Positions 6,459 through 16,490 of a DNA stretch of 64,000 nucleotides are shown one piece after another. Origin of the DNA: an uncultured bacterium. GTDB taxonomy: Bacteria; Patescibacteriota; Minisyncoccia; UBA6257; 2-01-FULL-56-20. The stretch is taken from positions 455,100 through 519,099 of the forward strand of contig OY970382.1 in NCBI GenBank assembly GCA_963719425.1. Reading direction: 5' to 3'. Position numbers and translations under genes: made by a program. The notes beneath the pieces were generated by a model. The model did not search any database and was not told the DNA's origin. It saw nothing but the letters and a program-made list of their open reading frames with translations. Numbering within the stretch: position 1 is the first letter of the stretch; each line of letters starts with the position of its first letter.

Positions 6459-9400
6459 ATGTCCAAATTCGTCCACCTTCATACGCACTCTCACTATTCC
6501 CTTCTTGACGGCCTTTCTAAAATAGACGACCTCGTAAAGCGGATTAAGGAGCTCGGCATGAATGCCGTTGCGCTCACCGACCATGGCGTACTCTACGGCG
6601 CCGTGGAATTTTATAAAGCGGCAAAAAAGAGCGGGATAAAACCGATCCTTGGCGTGGAAACCTACGTAGCGCCCCGCGACCGATTCTCAAAAGAGGCCAC
6701 TGAAAAGTACTATCACCTCGTCCTTCTCGCCGAAAACCAAACAGGGTGGAAAAATTTGATCACGCTCGTTTCCAAAGCTCATTTGGAAGGTTTTTACTAT
6801 CGCCCGCGCGTGGACAAAGATCTCCTGCGAGCGCACCACGAGGGAATCATCGCGCTCTCGGCCTGTCTCGGCGGCGAGATCGGGCAGGCGCTTTTCGCCG
6901 GGCGACCCGACGAAGCAAAGCGGATTGCGCAGGACTACGAGATGATCTTCGGCAAAGGAAACTATTTCCTGGAAATCCAAAAACATCCGCACGTCCCCGA
7001 GTCGGAAAAGATAGAAGCAGGACTCATTGCGCTCTCAAAGGAAACCGGCATTCCGCTCGTTGCGACGCAGGACAGCCACTACCTTCGTTCGGAAGATAAC
7101 GAATACCACGACGTGCTCCTTGCTGTGCAAACCGGCAATAAATTGGCGGACGATGACCGCATGACCATGAAAATGGACGATTTCTCTTTGCTCTCGCCGG
7201 AAGCGATGGTGGAAAAATTCGCTGCGGTGCCGGGCAGCGCCGAAGCGCTTGAACGCACCGCGGAGATCGCCGGGCGTTGCAACGTGGAGCTTGAATTGGG
7301 GAAAGTGCTCCTTCCCAGCTTTCCGAAGCCAGAGAAAAAAACGGCCAACGGCTACCTTCGCGAATTGATTGAGGAACGTTTGCCCAAAAAATTCCCGCCC
7401 GAGGCGCACACGAAGGAAATGCGTGATCGCCTGGAATACGAATTGGGCATCATTGAAAAGACCGGCTTCGCGGATTATTTCCTGATCGTCCAAGACCTCA
7501 TCACGTGGGCTAAAGCGCACGGCATCGCCGTGGGGCCGGGCAGGGGCTCAGCCGCCGGCAGTTTGGTCTCTTATGTCTTGGATATCACTGACCTCAATCC
7601 CCTCACCTATGGGCTGCTCTTTGAGCGGTTCCTGAATCCCGAGCGCATCCAGATGCCGGACATTGACATTGACTTTGCGGACGCTCGGCGGGATGAAGTG
7701 CTCGCGTACGCGCGCGAAAAATACGGCGAGGACCGCGTAGCGCGCATCATCACGTTCGGAACGATGGCGGCACGCGCGGCGATCCGCGACGCCGGTCGCG
7801 CCATGGGCTATTCCTACGCCTTCTGCGACCAGATCGCGAAACTGATTCCTTTTAATCCCACGCAGGGCATGAAGGAAGGATGGCTCGATGAATGCCTGGC
7901 GCGGGTGCAGGAATTGAAGGCGCTCTACGATACCAATCCCGAAGCAAAAAAACTTATTGACACCGCGCGCCATCTTGAGGGCGTCGCACGGCACGCGTCA
8001 GTCCACGCCTGCGGCACTGTGATCGCGAAAGAACCGCTTATGGAACGGGTGCCATTGCAATTCGCTCCGCAGGAAAAAAATATCATTATTACCCAGTTTG
8101 AGATGCATGCGATTGAGGATCTCGGCCTTTTGAAAATTGACCTTCTGGGACTCAAAAATCTCACCATCATTGAAGATACGATCCGCCTTGTAAAAGAACT
8201 GCGCGGCGAAACGGTAAATATTTCTCAAATACCACTTGACGACAAGAAAACCTTTGCACTGCTTCAGAAAGCCGATACGACGGGCGTGTTTCAATTTGAA
8301 TCAAGTGGTATGCGACGTTACATGAAAGAAATTGGCCCTACGGTGCTGGAAGATCTCATCGCGCTCGTGGCGCTCTTCCGCCCAGGACCCATGGAGCTTA
8401 TTCCTTCCTTCATCAAACGGAAGCACAGAGAAGAAAAAATCGCCTACCTGCATCCCAAGCTTGAGCCCATCCTCAAGAACACCTATGGCATCGGCGTCTA
8501 CCAAGAGCAGATGATGCAGATCGCCCGCGACCTTGCGGGCTACACACTCCCCGAAGCGGACACGTTGCGTAAAGCGATCGGCAAAAAAATAAAGTCGCTC
8601 TTGAACGAACAGGGCGCAAAACTCGTAAAAGGGATGGTGAAGAATGGTATCCCCGAGAAGACCGCGAAAGCCATTTGGGAACTCTTTCCGCCATTCGCAC
8701 GCTATGGCTTCAATCGGAGCCATGCAGCGTGCTACGCGCTCATCGGCTACCAAACGGCATATTTAAAGGCACACTACCCCGAAGAATTTACGGCAGCGCT
8801 TCTGAATGCCGAAGTGAGCGATATTGAGCGCATTTCGTTCTTCATTCAGGAAGCGAAGCAGTCAGGCATTGAAATTCTCGCGCCTGACATCAACAAGAGT
8901 TTCGTCAGCTTCACGCCGGAAGGGGAAAAGATCCGTTTCGGGCTTGAAGCGGTGAAGAACGTGGGCTCCGAGATCACGCGGGCGATCATTGAGGAACGCA
9001 CGCGCCGCGGGCCGTTCAAAAATTTTGAAGACGTCCTTATGCGTATTCAGCATAAAGACCTGAATAAAAAATCTCTGGAAAGCTTGGTGAAAGCGGGTGC
9101 GTTTGACTCGCTCGGCATTGAGCGCAACCAGGCGCTCACGAACATGGACGACATCCTGCGGTTCGCGAACGCCGCAAGGAAAACAGGCAGCCGAAATGGC
9201 GGTGGCTCTCTCTTCGGCGATACCATGCCGGCGGCGTCGCTCAAATTGAAACCGGCGACGCCCGCCACGAACGCCGAGAGGCTCGCATGGGAAAAGGAGC
9301 TCATCGGATTTTATCTTTCGGAACACCCGCTCGCCGCGCACGCCGAGCAGCTCAAGGCCGCGGGCGCGAAGCCGATCGCCGAACTTATGTCCACAAAAAA

Positions 9401-9656
9401 TGACCGGCTCCTTGTGCGCACCGCAGGCATCGTCACGAAAATACGCAAGATTATCACGAAAAACGGCCAGCCGATGATCTTCGCGACGATTGAAGATGCC
9501 TCGCAAAAGCCGCTGGAGGTCATAGTGTTTAATAGTATTCTTGAAAAGACCGCGCCCGCGTGGGTGGCAAATGCCGCGGTCATTGTCCAGGGGAGAATTT
9601 CTCCGCGCGACGGCGAGGCAAAATTGATCTGCGACAACGCGAAGCGGCTCAGTTAG
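6459..9656 (+). CDS. dnaE: DNA polymerase III alpha subunit
   Basis: N-terminal PHP domain (MSKFVHLHTHSHYSLLDG), polymerase core motifs (FGTMAARAAIRDAGR, GLLKIDLLGLKNLT), C-terminal OB-fold region; 1065 aa. Confidence 0.9.
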   Translation: MSKFVHLHTHSHYSLLDGLSKIDDLVKRIKELGMNAVALTDHGVLYGAVEFYKAAKKSGIKPILGVETYVAPRDRFSKEATEKYYHLVLLAENQTGWKNLITLVSKAHLEGFYYRPRVDKDLLRAHHEGIIALSACLGGEIGQALFAGRPDEAKRIAQDYEMIFGKGNYFLEIQKHPHVPESEKIEAGLIALSKETGIPLVATQDSHYLRSEDNEYHDVLLAVQTGNKLADDDRMTMKMDDFSLLSPEAMVEKFAAVPGSAEALERTAEIAGRCNVELELGKVLLPSFPKPEKKTANGYLRELIEERLPKKFPPEAHTKEMRDRLEYELGIIEKTGFADYFLIVQDLITWAKAHGIAVGPGRGSAAGSLVSYVLDITDLNPLTYGLLFERFLNPERIQMPDIDIDFADARRDEVLAYAREKYGEDRVARIITFGTMAARAAIRDAGRAMGYSYAFCDQIAKLIPFNPTQGMKEGWLDECLARVQELKALYDTNPEAKKLIDTARHLEGVARHASVHACGTVIAKEPLMERVPLQFAPQEKNIIITQFEMHAIEDLGLLKIDLLGLKNLTIIEDTIRLVKELRGETVNISQIPLDDKKTFALLQKADTTGVFQFESSGMRRYMKEIGPTVLEDLIALVALFRPGPMELIPSFIKRKHREEKIAYLHPKLEPILKNTYGIGVYQEQMMQIARDLAGYTLPEADTLRKAIGKKIKSLLNEQGAKLVKGMVKNGIPEKTAKAIWELFPPFARYGFNRSHAACYALIGYQTAYLKAHYPEEFTAALLNAEVSDIERISFFIQEAKQSGIEILAPDINKSFVSFTPEGEKIRFGLEAVKNVGSEITRAIIEERTRRGPFKNFEDVLMRIQHKDLNKKSLESLVKAGAFDSLGIERNQALTNMDDILRFANAARKTGSRNGGGSLFGDTMPAASLKLKPATPATNAERLAWEKELIGFYLSEHPLAAHAEQLKAAGAKPIAELMSTKNDRLLVRTAGIVTKIRKIITKNGQPMIFATIEDASQKPLEVIVFNSILEKTAPAWVANAAVIVQGRISPRDGEAKLICDNAKRLS

Positions 9657-10060
9657 CTCCCGTACCGCAAGTGGTTGTGGTGCTTCTCCGGCCTGTAGGG
9701 CGCGAGAATCGCAAGTTCCACATGCCAATCAAAATCCGAGAGATGTTGTTTCAAATCTTCTTTCAGCGCCTCTTGATCATATCCCAGAGCGATGATATCG
9801 GGGCGGTGACTTTTCACCACCCGATAGGTGCCGATCTCCGCATCACCGGGGACAACAAGGTCAGCTAACATGTCGGCTCGGAGTGCCTCGATTCTCGCTT
9901 CTAAACGGTGGCGCGGCGGACGGTGCTTTAGTTGCTCCACAACCTCGTCCGGCGCAACGGCAACGATCAAGCGGTCACCATATATCCGCGCCTTCCTTAA
10001 AAACGCGCGATGGCCTTCGTGAATCCCGTCAAACGTGCCGAACACTAAAACTTTTCTCAT
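9653..10060 (-). CDS. Cytidylyltransferase-like nucleotidyltransferase (HxGH motif; FAD-synthetase/RibL- or TagD-like)
   Basis: 'VFGTFDGIHEGHRAFL' is the (H/T)xGH nucleotidyltransferase signature; 135 aa. Confidence 0.55.
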   Translation of the reverse strand: MRKVLVFGTFDGIHEGHRAFLRKARIYGDRLIVAVAPDEVVEQLKHRPPRHRLEARIEALRADMLADLVVPGDAEIGTYRVVKSHRPDIIALGYDQEALKEDLKQHLSDFDWHVELAILAPYRPEKHHNHLRYGS

Positions 10061-10078
10061 GCGCGAAACGGTGAAATG

Positions 10079-11548
10079 CTATTTCCTCGGCCGCATGAGT
10101 GGAAAGAACACACATTCGCGCATCGGCCGATCCATAAGCACCGCAAAGAGCCGCTCGGAGACGCCAAATCCGCCCGCGGGCGGCATGCCGTACGAAAGCG
10201 CTTCCAAAAAATCCTCGTCCAAAAATTGCGCCTCCCGGTCCCCCGCCTCGCGGAGCTTCATCTGCTCCTCAAACCGCACGCGCTGGTCAATCGGATCGTT
10301 CAATTCCGAAAATCCCTTGCCGAGCTCCGTGCCCGCAGCCATGATCTGGAATCGTTCCACCACTTTCGAATCCCCGGGTTTGCGCTTCGCAAGCGGCTCA
10401 AGCGCGACCGGCGGATCCACGAGGAAGCATGGCTCAATCAAATGAGGACGCACGGTTTTCTTATAGATAAGATCAATGAGGCGCCCTTTGCCCAGATTTT
10501 TTTCCGGCTCCAGTTTCAATTCCTTCGCCTTTTTGAACAACGCGTCGCGCGTCGCAGCGGCCGGATCAATGCCGTTCGCAGCTTTGAACGCTTCAACATA
10601 ATCCACTTTCTTCCATTTTTTTGACCAGTCAATCTTCTTGCCGAGATATTCCGTCACAAGCCCGCCGCATGTTTTTTTAATAACTTCCTTATAAACTTTT
10701 TCGGTAAGCGCCATCGTATCGTTATAGTCACGGTATGCCCAATAGAACTCCAGCTCGGTAAAGTCCTGCAGATGCTCGCGATCAATGCCCTCGTTCCGGA
10801 AAACACGGCCAATCTCAAAAACCCTGTCAAAACCGCCGACGAGGAGCCGCTTCAGGGACAGCTCAAGCGATATGCGAAGATAAAAATCCGTATCCAGCGC
10901 GTTGTGATGCGTTTTGAACGGTTCCGCTTCCGCGCCGCCCGGCAACTGCTCCAAAACCGGCGTTTCCACCTCCCAAAATCCTTCCGCTTTCAACGCGCTC
11001 CGGAACGTTTCCCAAAACACCGTTTTCTTCCTAAAGAGCTCGCGCAGCGTGGGCGTCGCAACAAGATCAAGATAACGCTTCCGCAAGCGGACCTCCGGAT
11101 CTTCAAGCCCTTCCCACTTGTCCGGCAACGGCAATAAACTTTTCGCCGCCATCGCGAGCTCGCGCGCTTCTAAACTTTTCTCGCCGCGCTTCGTCACAAA
11201 AAGAACGCCCGTCGCCGAAATAAAATCACCGATGTCCAGCGCCGACCGCCAGAACTCCAAGCCGCGCGCGCCCTTGAGCGCGTCTTCCTTCAAAACAACC
11301 TGGATCTTCCCGCTTTCGTCCTCCATGTCCGCGAACACGATCTTCCCCTGATCGCGCAGGCTCCGCAACCGTCCCGCGAGCGAAACGCTCTTCCCCGTTT
11401 TCTCCAACTTCTCAAAATCGCGAAGCGCCTCAGCGATCACAGACGTCCTCGCCACCCGCGCCGGATAAGGATCCACCCCCGCCTTTCGCAGTAACTCAAG
11501 CTTCTTCCGCCGCTCCTTGATAATGTCTTCCAGCATCCTTTCAATCAT
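10079..11548 (-). CDS. lysS: Lysyl-tRNA synthetase, class II
   Basis: N-terminal OB anticodon-binding domain; class II motifs (FRNEGID..HNPEFT; ...GGFGVSERL); 489 aa. Confidence 0.9.
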   Translation of the reverse strand: MIERMLEDIIKERRKKLELLRKAGVDPYPARVARTSVIAEALRDFEKLEKTGKSVSLAGRLRSLRDQGKIVFADMEDESGKIQVVLKEDALKGARGLEFWRSALDIGDFISATGVLFVTKRGEKSLEARELAMAAKSLLPLPDKWEGLEDPEVRLRKRYLDLVATPTLRELFRKKTVFWETFRSALKAEGFWEVETPVLEQLPGGAEAEPFKTHHNALDTDFYLRISLELSLKRLLVGGFDRVFEIGRVFRNEGIDREHLQDFTELEFYWAYRDYNDTMALTEKVYKEVIKKTCGGLVTEYLGKKIDWSKKWKKVDYVEAFKAANGIDPAAATRDALFKKAKELKLEPEKNLGKGRLIDLIYKKTVRPHLIEPCFLVDPPVALEPLAKRKPGDSKVVERFQIMAAGTELGKGFSELNDPIDQRVRFEEQMKLREAGDREAQFLDEDFLEALSYGMPPAGGFGVSERLFAVLMDRPMRECVFFPLMRPRK

Positions 11549-12203
11549 ACCACTGATTTAAAAATTTTTTAATGCTCCGCATGAAATGATATCTGGATGA
11601 GTTATGAAGAGGAGAAACGCGCAACAATCCAGCACTACAGAAAAATTAGGCGGATATGGTGCCCCGCACTTTGAGAATATGTCGTATTCAACAGAATCGG
11701 ATTTCAACATCTTGTTCGCAAAGGAAATATTCAGCGACCGAAAAGTGAACAGAGGCGGCGATTTAAGCTAATTTCTTACGTAGGAAACATCCTCGCCGAT
11801 CCAAATTCCGTCATTACCCAAAAAGAGAGGATCATCAAGCACCGGACGAAAATCCAAGGGGAAAAAATCTTGGGGGCACCGCTGGCACGTTTCTGGATAT
11901 TCACCAATCAGCGTAATGGGCAAACTATCAAACTGTGGTTAGGCAATTCAACGGCAAAGAAAAACATTTTCTCAGCATTTATGCTAAAAAACCCTCCAGC
12001 AAAAGAAGGGTTCCTTAGCATGCCTGCTGTCAACAATATGACGTCGACAGGGACAACCGCCCCGCAGGCATAGTTTCATATTAGGACACCGCATCCTAAA
12101 GTCAAATACCTTTTAAGAATTTTTTAATGAAAATTAAGCGCGCAGTCCGGGACGATATTCGAATAGTCTTGATATCCCTTCGGATCTGAACAGTGGAGAA
12201 AGG

Positions 12204-13079
12204 CTAGGCTTGTGGGTCGCTCTCATTTAACCCGAGAAGCATCCGCATCGCAGGTTCCTGCATGACCGCGTGCGAGGCTCCATAGACAACGAACAGATTG
12301 TTGTGAGATTGGAGCGTTTTTCCAACTTCCTCAATGATATGCATATCCCGGAACTTGGAGGAAGCGCGAGAGATTTCGTTAATCCGCGTTTGCGCAGGAG
12401 CGTCGCGCCATGGAATAGGGTCGGATACCGATTTCAACGATTCGTCTGTGGGATCGAAGAGTTTACCTATAAACTTTTCATATAGCGCGATGAAATGATC
12501 CAGGGTGAAGGGAAATCCCTGCCAATGCGCTGCTCGAGCTAAGAAATCAAGCTCCGACTGAACATATTCCGCCATGGGGGTTTGTTTATCAATAGAGCGC
12601 TGGTACTGCAGAAGGTAGCGAGCCACGCAAAAAACGAAGATTTCCTCTCGGGTAAAACCAGAACTTTCCAGATGGCCAATTTCGTCTTCAAAATGTGGCT
12701 CGGGACTTTTTGTCTCTTTGCCGTCTCTTTCGGCCAACCACAGCGCGAAACCACTTTCTCCCATGCGGATCGCGTCTTCCCGCGAAAGGGACAGGGCCCA
12801 TTTCTTGGATTCTTCTTCGTGGCCCTGCAGGTCCGCAAAGCCCTCAACGAAAACCATATCCGGATCGGCAGATCGGTACCGTGATTCAATATCGGAAAAC
12901 ACCGGACTTTCCGGATCGTCCGTGTGCGGACTACCGAAATACGTCAGTTGCTTGCCGTCTTTCTCTAAGATAAAAATGTATGGAGTTTCATGAGTCAATT
13001 CAGCATACGCTTCAGCGGTCATCAGCTTTTGTTTGGCAAGATCGATATTGGAAACAGGTTGCTTAATGGCCATATCCAA
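12204..13079 (-). CDS. TraB/GumN-family protein (hypothetical)
   Basis: N-terminal 'YFGSPHT' and C-terminal 'LFVVYGASHAV' resemble the conserved GSxH / GAGHL blocks of the TraB/GumN family. Confidence 0.45.
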   Translation of the reverse strand: MDMAIKQPVSNIDLAKQKLMTAEAYAELTHETPYIFILEKDGKQLTYFGSPHTDDPESPVFSDIESRYRSADPDMVFVEGFADLQGHEEESKKWALSLSREDAIRMGESGFALWLAERDGKETKSPEPHFEDEIGHLESSGFTREEIFVFCVARYLLQYQRSIDKQTPMAEYVQSELDFLARAAHWQGFPFTLDHFIALYEKFIGKLFDPTDESLKSVSDPIPWRDAPAQTRINEISRASSKFRDMHIIEEVGKTLQSHNNLFVVYGASHAVMQEPAMRMLLGLNESDPQA

Positions 13080-13306
13080 AGCTTAGCGTAAATATATTAC
13101 CCTGACCATAACTATAGATAACCAGCAACGAAATCTTCAAGTAAATTCAAAGAAAAAGAGTGAGAATAGCACACCGCTCTTTTTCTAAGAGGATCTCGGA
13201 GCGCCGACGGGCTTGGTGTCCGCGAAGCGGACCCGTCGGCGCGAGAGCCAGCGGGCGCGCACCGCAGGAGTGCGCGAACCGCGTCTCTTAGAAAAGGAGT
13301 GGTGCG

Positions 13307-13771
13307 CTATTCTATCTTCACGATCTCATACCTCGCCGCCCCCGCCGGCGTCGCAACCTCAACCGTCTCCCCCACTTTCTTCCTTAAGAACGCCTTGCCG
13401 AGCGGCGATTCGTCGGAGATGCGGCCCTCCTCCGGCTTCGCCTCATACGACCCGACAATGGTGTATGTCACCGTTTTATCCCCTCGCCGAGCCGTTACCG
13501 TGGAACCCACGCCCACGGTATCGCCCCCTTCCGTTTTTTTGATCGTCACCGCCTGCTTCAACAGATCCTCAAGCTCGGCGATCCGCGTTTCCACGCTCGC
13601 CTGCTCCTCACGCGCTTCGGCATACTCGGAATTCTCAGAAAGGTCGCCATATTCCTTCGCCTGTTTCAAGCGTTCGGCCACCTCCACCCGCTTTTTGTTC
13701 TTGAGTGTCTCCAATTCTTCCTTGAATTCCTCAAGCCGCTCTTTCGTAAGATATTGTTTTGCCATCGTCAA
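13307..13771 (-). CDS. greA: Transcription elongation factor GreA
   Basis: Coiled-coil N-terminus (EEFKEELETLKNKKRVEVAERLKQAKEYGDLSENSEYAEAREEQ) and C-terminal FKBP-like domain; 154 aa. Confidence 0.85.
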   Translation of the reverse strand: MTMAKQYLTKERLEEFKEELETLKNKKRVEVAERLKQAKEYGDLSENSEYAEAREEQASVETRIAELEDLLKQAVTIKKTEGGDTVGVGSTVTARRGDKTVTYTIVGSYEAKPEEGRISDESPLGKAFLRKKVGETVEVATPAGAARYEIVKIE

Positions 13772-13788
13772 TAGCTACTAAGGATACC

Positions 13789-14514
13789 CTACTTGTATTT
13801 TCCTGTCCACAACCACCAACGAACTCTTGCCAGATCCCGCAAAAACTGTACGCCGCCCGAGAATTTGACGTGTGATTTCGCGTCATTTACCCAGCGGACG
13901 GGCACTTGCGCGATCCGATATCCCATCGTTTTTGCGAGCGCAAGTGTTTCAAAATCAAATCCCCACCCGGGGAGCCGCGATTCTTCAAACACTTTCACGG
14001 CAGCATCCGCCGTGAACGCTTTGAAACCGCACTGGGTATCCCAAATGCCCGGGAGAAGCAGGAGCTGAACGAGAAGGTTCAGCGCTTTTCCAACAAGCTG
14101 CCGCCACCACGGTTCCGGAGGGTCAAGTTCGGCACCCTTCACCGCCCGCGAGCCAATCACCACTTCATATCCTTCTTTAAAGAGCGGGATCATCCGGTCG
14201 AACTGGTCAATGGAAGTGGAGTTATCGGCATCGGTAAAAAGCCGGATGGTGCCACTTGCAAGGAGCATCCCCTGCCGCACGACGCCTCCCTTGCCTTTGT
14301 TCTCTGTATTGTCTATAAGTTTCAAATTCCTCACAAGCTTTTTCATCTTCTCCACAACCTCCGCCGTGTTGTCCTTTGAACCGTCACTCACCACCACAAT
14401 TTCGTAAGAATATGGCGCGGGCTCCAATCGCTTATCCATGTCAAGCAAGGTTTTCGGGAGCCGCTCCGCCTCGTTGTATGCTGGCACGATGATGGAAAGA
14501 TAGGGCTTTGCCAT
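13789..14514 (-). CDS. Family 2 glycosyltransferase (dolichyl/polyprenyl-phosphate sugar transferase-like)
   Basis: 'LSIIVPAYNEAERLPKTL...IVVVSDGSKDNTAEVV...DADNS' GT-A fold with a DxD-like motif. Confidence 0.8.
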   Translation of the reverse strand: MAKPYLSIIVPAYNEAERLPKTLLDMDKRLEPAPYSYEIVVVSDGSKDNTAEVVEKMKKLVRNLKLIDNTENKGKGGVVRQGMLLASGTIRLFTDADNSTSIDQFDRMIPLFKEGYEVVIGSRAVKGAELDPPEPWWRQLVGKALNLLVQLLLLPGIWDTQCGFKAFTADAAVKVFEESRLPGWGFDFETLALAKTMGYRIAQVPVRWVNDAKSHVKFSGGVQFLRDLARVRWWLWTGKYK

Positions 14515-14540
14515 GCGAGATCGGAAAAATTATACCACGA

Positions 14541-15296
14541 TTATGCAGTGAGCGCCCTCGGCCCATCTTTTGTGACTGCCACGGTGTGCTCAAAATGCGC
14601 CGCGAGCGACCCGTCGGCCGTAGCCCAGCTCTCATCGCGCAATTGCTTGAGAGGCGGATGGCCAAGCACGAGCATCGGCTCTATCGCAAGCACTGTTCCT
14701 TCCTGCAGTTCTTCGCCTTCTCCTTTTCGGCCAACATTGAGCACGGTCGGATCTTCGTGGAGCGAACGGCCGATACCATGTCCCGTAAGCCCGTCCGCAA
14801 CGGCGCATCGGTTCTTTTTTGCCGTCTTTTCTACCGTGTAGCCGATGTCGCCCAATGTCTTGCCTATCTTCATTTCTAGAATCGCAGCGAGGAGCGCTTC
14901 CTTTGTGGCAGCAACGAGCCGCGCGGCATCCTTGCCAACCCTGCCGACTGCCACTGTACGCGCCGCGTCAAGATAAAATCCTTTGTATAAAAGACCGAGA
15001 TCCAGCTTCACAAGATCGCCATCTTTCACAACGTAATCGGATGGCTGGCCATGCACGACGACGTCGTTCAATGAAGCACAGAGCGAATACGGATAGGCAC
15101 GGCGGGCGCCGGCGGGCCGATAGTGCAAAAACGCCGGCTTCGCTCCAGATTTGTGGATAAGCTGATATGCCAGTCGGTCAAGTTGCTTTGTCGTCACGCC
15201 CGCGCGCGTTTCTTCCGCGAGGCGCCGTAGCACCTCTGCGAGGCGCCGCCCTCCTTCCGCCATCACCTCAATCTCTTCAGGCGTCTTGAGGATCAT
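14541..15296 (-). CDS. map: Methionine aminopeptidase, type I
   Basis: Pita-bread fold motifs and metal ligands (D..D..H..E..E pattern: 'VVHGQP', 'DLVKLDLG', 'GHGIGRSLHE', 'VLAIEPM'). Confidence 0.85.
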   Translation of the reverse strand: MILKTPEEIEVMAEGGRRLAEVLRRLAEETRAGVTTKQLDRLAYQLIHKSGAKPAFLHYRPAGARRAYPYSLCASLNDVVVHGQPSDYVVKDGDLVKLDLGLLYKGFYLDAARTVAVGRVGKDAARLVAATKEALLAAILEMKIGKTLGDIGYTVEKTAKKNRCAVADGLTGHGIGRSLHEDPTVLNVGRKGEGEELQEGTVLAIEPMLVLGHPPLKQLRDESWATADGSLAAHFEHTVAVTKDGPRALTA

Positions 15297-15891
15297 ATTC
15301 GTTTACGGCCGCAGCGATCCTTTTCCAAACCTCGGCCCGAGTTCCCAAACCGGAAATTCTTCTAAAGGTATATCTCTCTCTGAAAAACTTTACCACGCGC
15401 GCTACTTGCTGTTCGTAGTACCGCCTGCGATTCTTGATGGCTCGCTCCCGATCATCGCTCCGCTTTGCGAGCTTTCCTCCTGCATATTCCCTCCGTTTCC
15501 CCGCCCGCTTTATAGTTTCGGATACCGGAACGCTTAAATAAAGAACTAATGGATTGCTCCGCCCGTTTTGCTTGAGCAATCTTGCGACCAGCTTCGCTTC
15601 CCCGATCATCTTAGGATGGCCGTCAAAAAGAATGCCCTGTCCGCGAGGAACGGCGCGGATGACGCGCCGGAGAATGTCCCGCACTACTTGAGTGGGCGTG
15701 AGCTTCCCTACGCCAGTGGTCCGCGCAAAATCATATTGCGCCCGCACCGCGGGTTTCCTCAATTCCCGCCCCATGTCAAAGTCATAAAAACGATATTTTT
15801 TCACGAGCCGCGCAGCTTGCGTGGCCTTCCCGGACGCGGGATCGCCCAGTAAGATAAGATTAAACGATTTTTTGTTCATATTCTTATTCAT
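15277..15891 (-). CDS. Adenylate-kinase-family nucleoside-monophosphate kinase (second paralog, adjacent to adk)
   Basis: P-loop 'LLGDPASGKATQA'; NMP-binding region; lacks a long LID; 204 aa. Confidence 0.55.
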   Translation of the reverse strand: MNKNMNKKSFNLILLGDPASGKATQAARLVKKYRFYDFDMGRELRKPAVRAQYDFARTTGVGKLTPTQVVRDILRRVIRAVPRGQGILFDGHPKMIGEAKLVARLLKQNGRSNPLVLYLSVPVSETIKRAGKRREYAGGKLAKRSDDRERAIKNRRRYYEQQVARVVKFFRERYTFRRISGLGTRAEVWKRIAAAVNEYDPQDA

Positions 15892-16475
15892 GCGGGGCGC
15901 GCGCCCGTGATCCCGAGCGCAGCATCAATGTTTTTCTCAATCTCTTCAATGGAGGGACGCCCGTCAATTGTGATAAATGTCGTTTCCTTTTTTAGATATT
16001 CTATCATCGGCACCGTCGCTTCCTCGTAGGCGCGGAGGCGCTCATTAATGCCCTCCGGCGTGTCATCCGCCCTGCCCTCCTTCTGCGCACGGAGCAAGAG
16101 CCGCTTGAAGGTTTCCTCCCTTGGCAGCTCAAGAAAAACAGTCACCGGCTTTTTCCTCTTCTGCCCCTTAAGAAAATTGACCAAAAACTCCGCCTGCCCC
16201 ATTCTCCTCGGAATGCCGTCAAAGATGATTCCCCGGTCGGCAGGAATGGTCGCGAGCTTGGCCTTAGCAACTTCAATAATGAGCTCGTCGGTAAGCAACA
16301 CCCCTTGATCCATGACGGAAATCTTTTTTGCGAGAGGAGTATCTCCCGCTTCTATCTCCCGAAGGATTCCTCCCATCTCCCAAAATAAAAATCCCAGCTT
16401 CTCCGCCAGTAATTTTCCCTGCGTTCCCTTCCCCGATCCCTGCGGACCGAGGACAAGTACGGTATCAAAATCCAT
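15888..16475 (-). CDS. adk: Adenylate kinase
   Basis: 'LVLGPQGSGKGTQGKLLAEKLGF', 'GILLDGFPRT'-like 'IIFDGIPRRMGQAEFL'; conserved position after secY and before map. Confidence 0.8.
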   Translation of the reverse strand: MDFDTVLVLGPQGSGKGTQGKLLAEKLGFLFWEMGGILREIEAGDTPLAKKISVMDQGVLLTDELIIEVAKAKLATIPADRGIIFDGIPRRMGQAEFLVNFLKGQKRKKPVTVFLELPREETFKRLLLRAQKEGRADDTPEGINERLRAYEEATVPMIEYLKKETTFITIDGRPSIEEIEKNIDAALGITGARPA

Positions 16476-16490
16476 GCTACTATCATAAAG

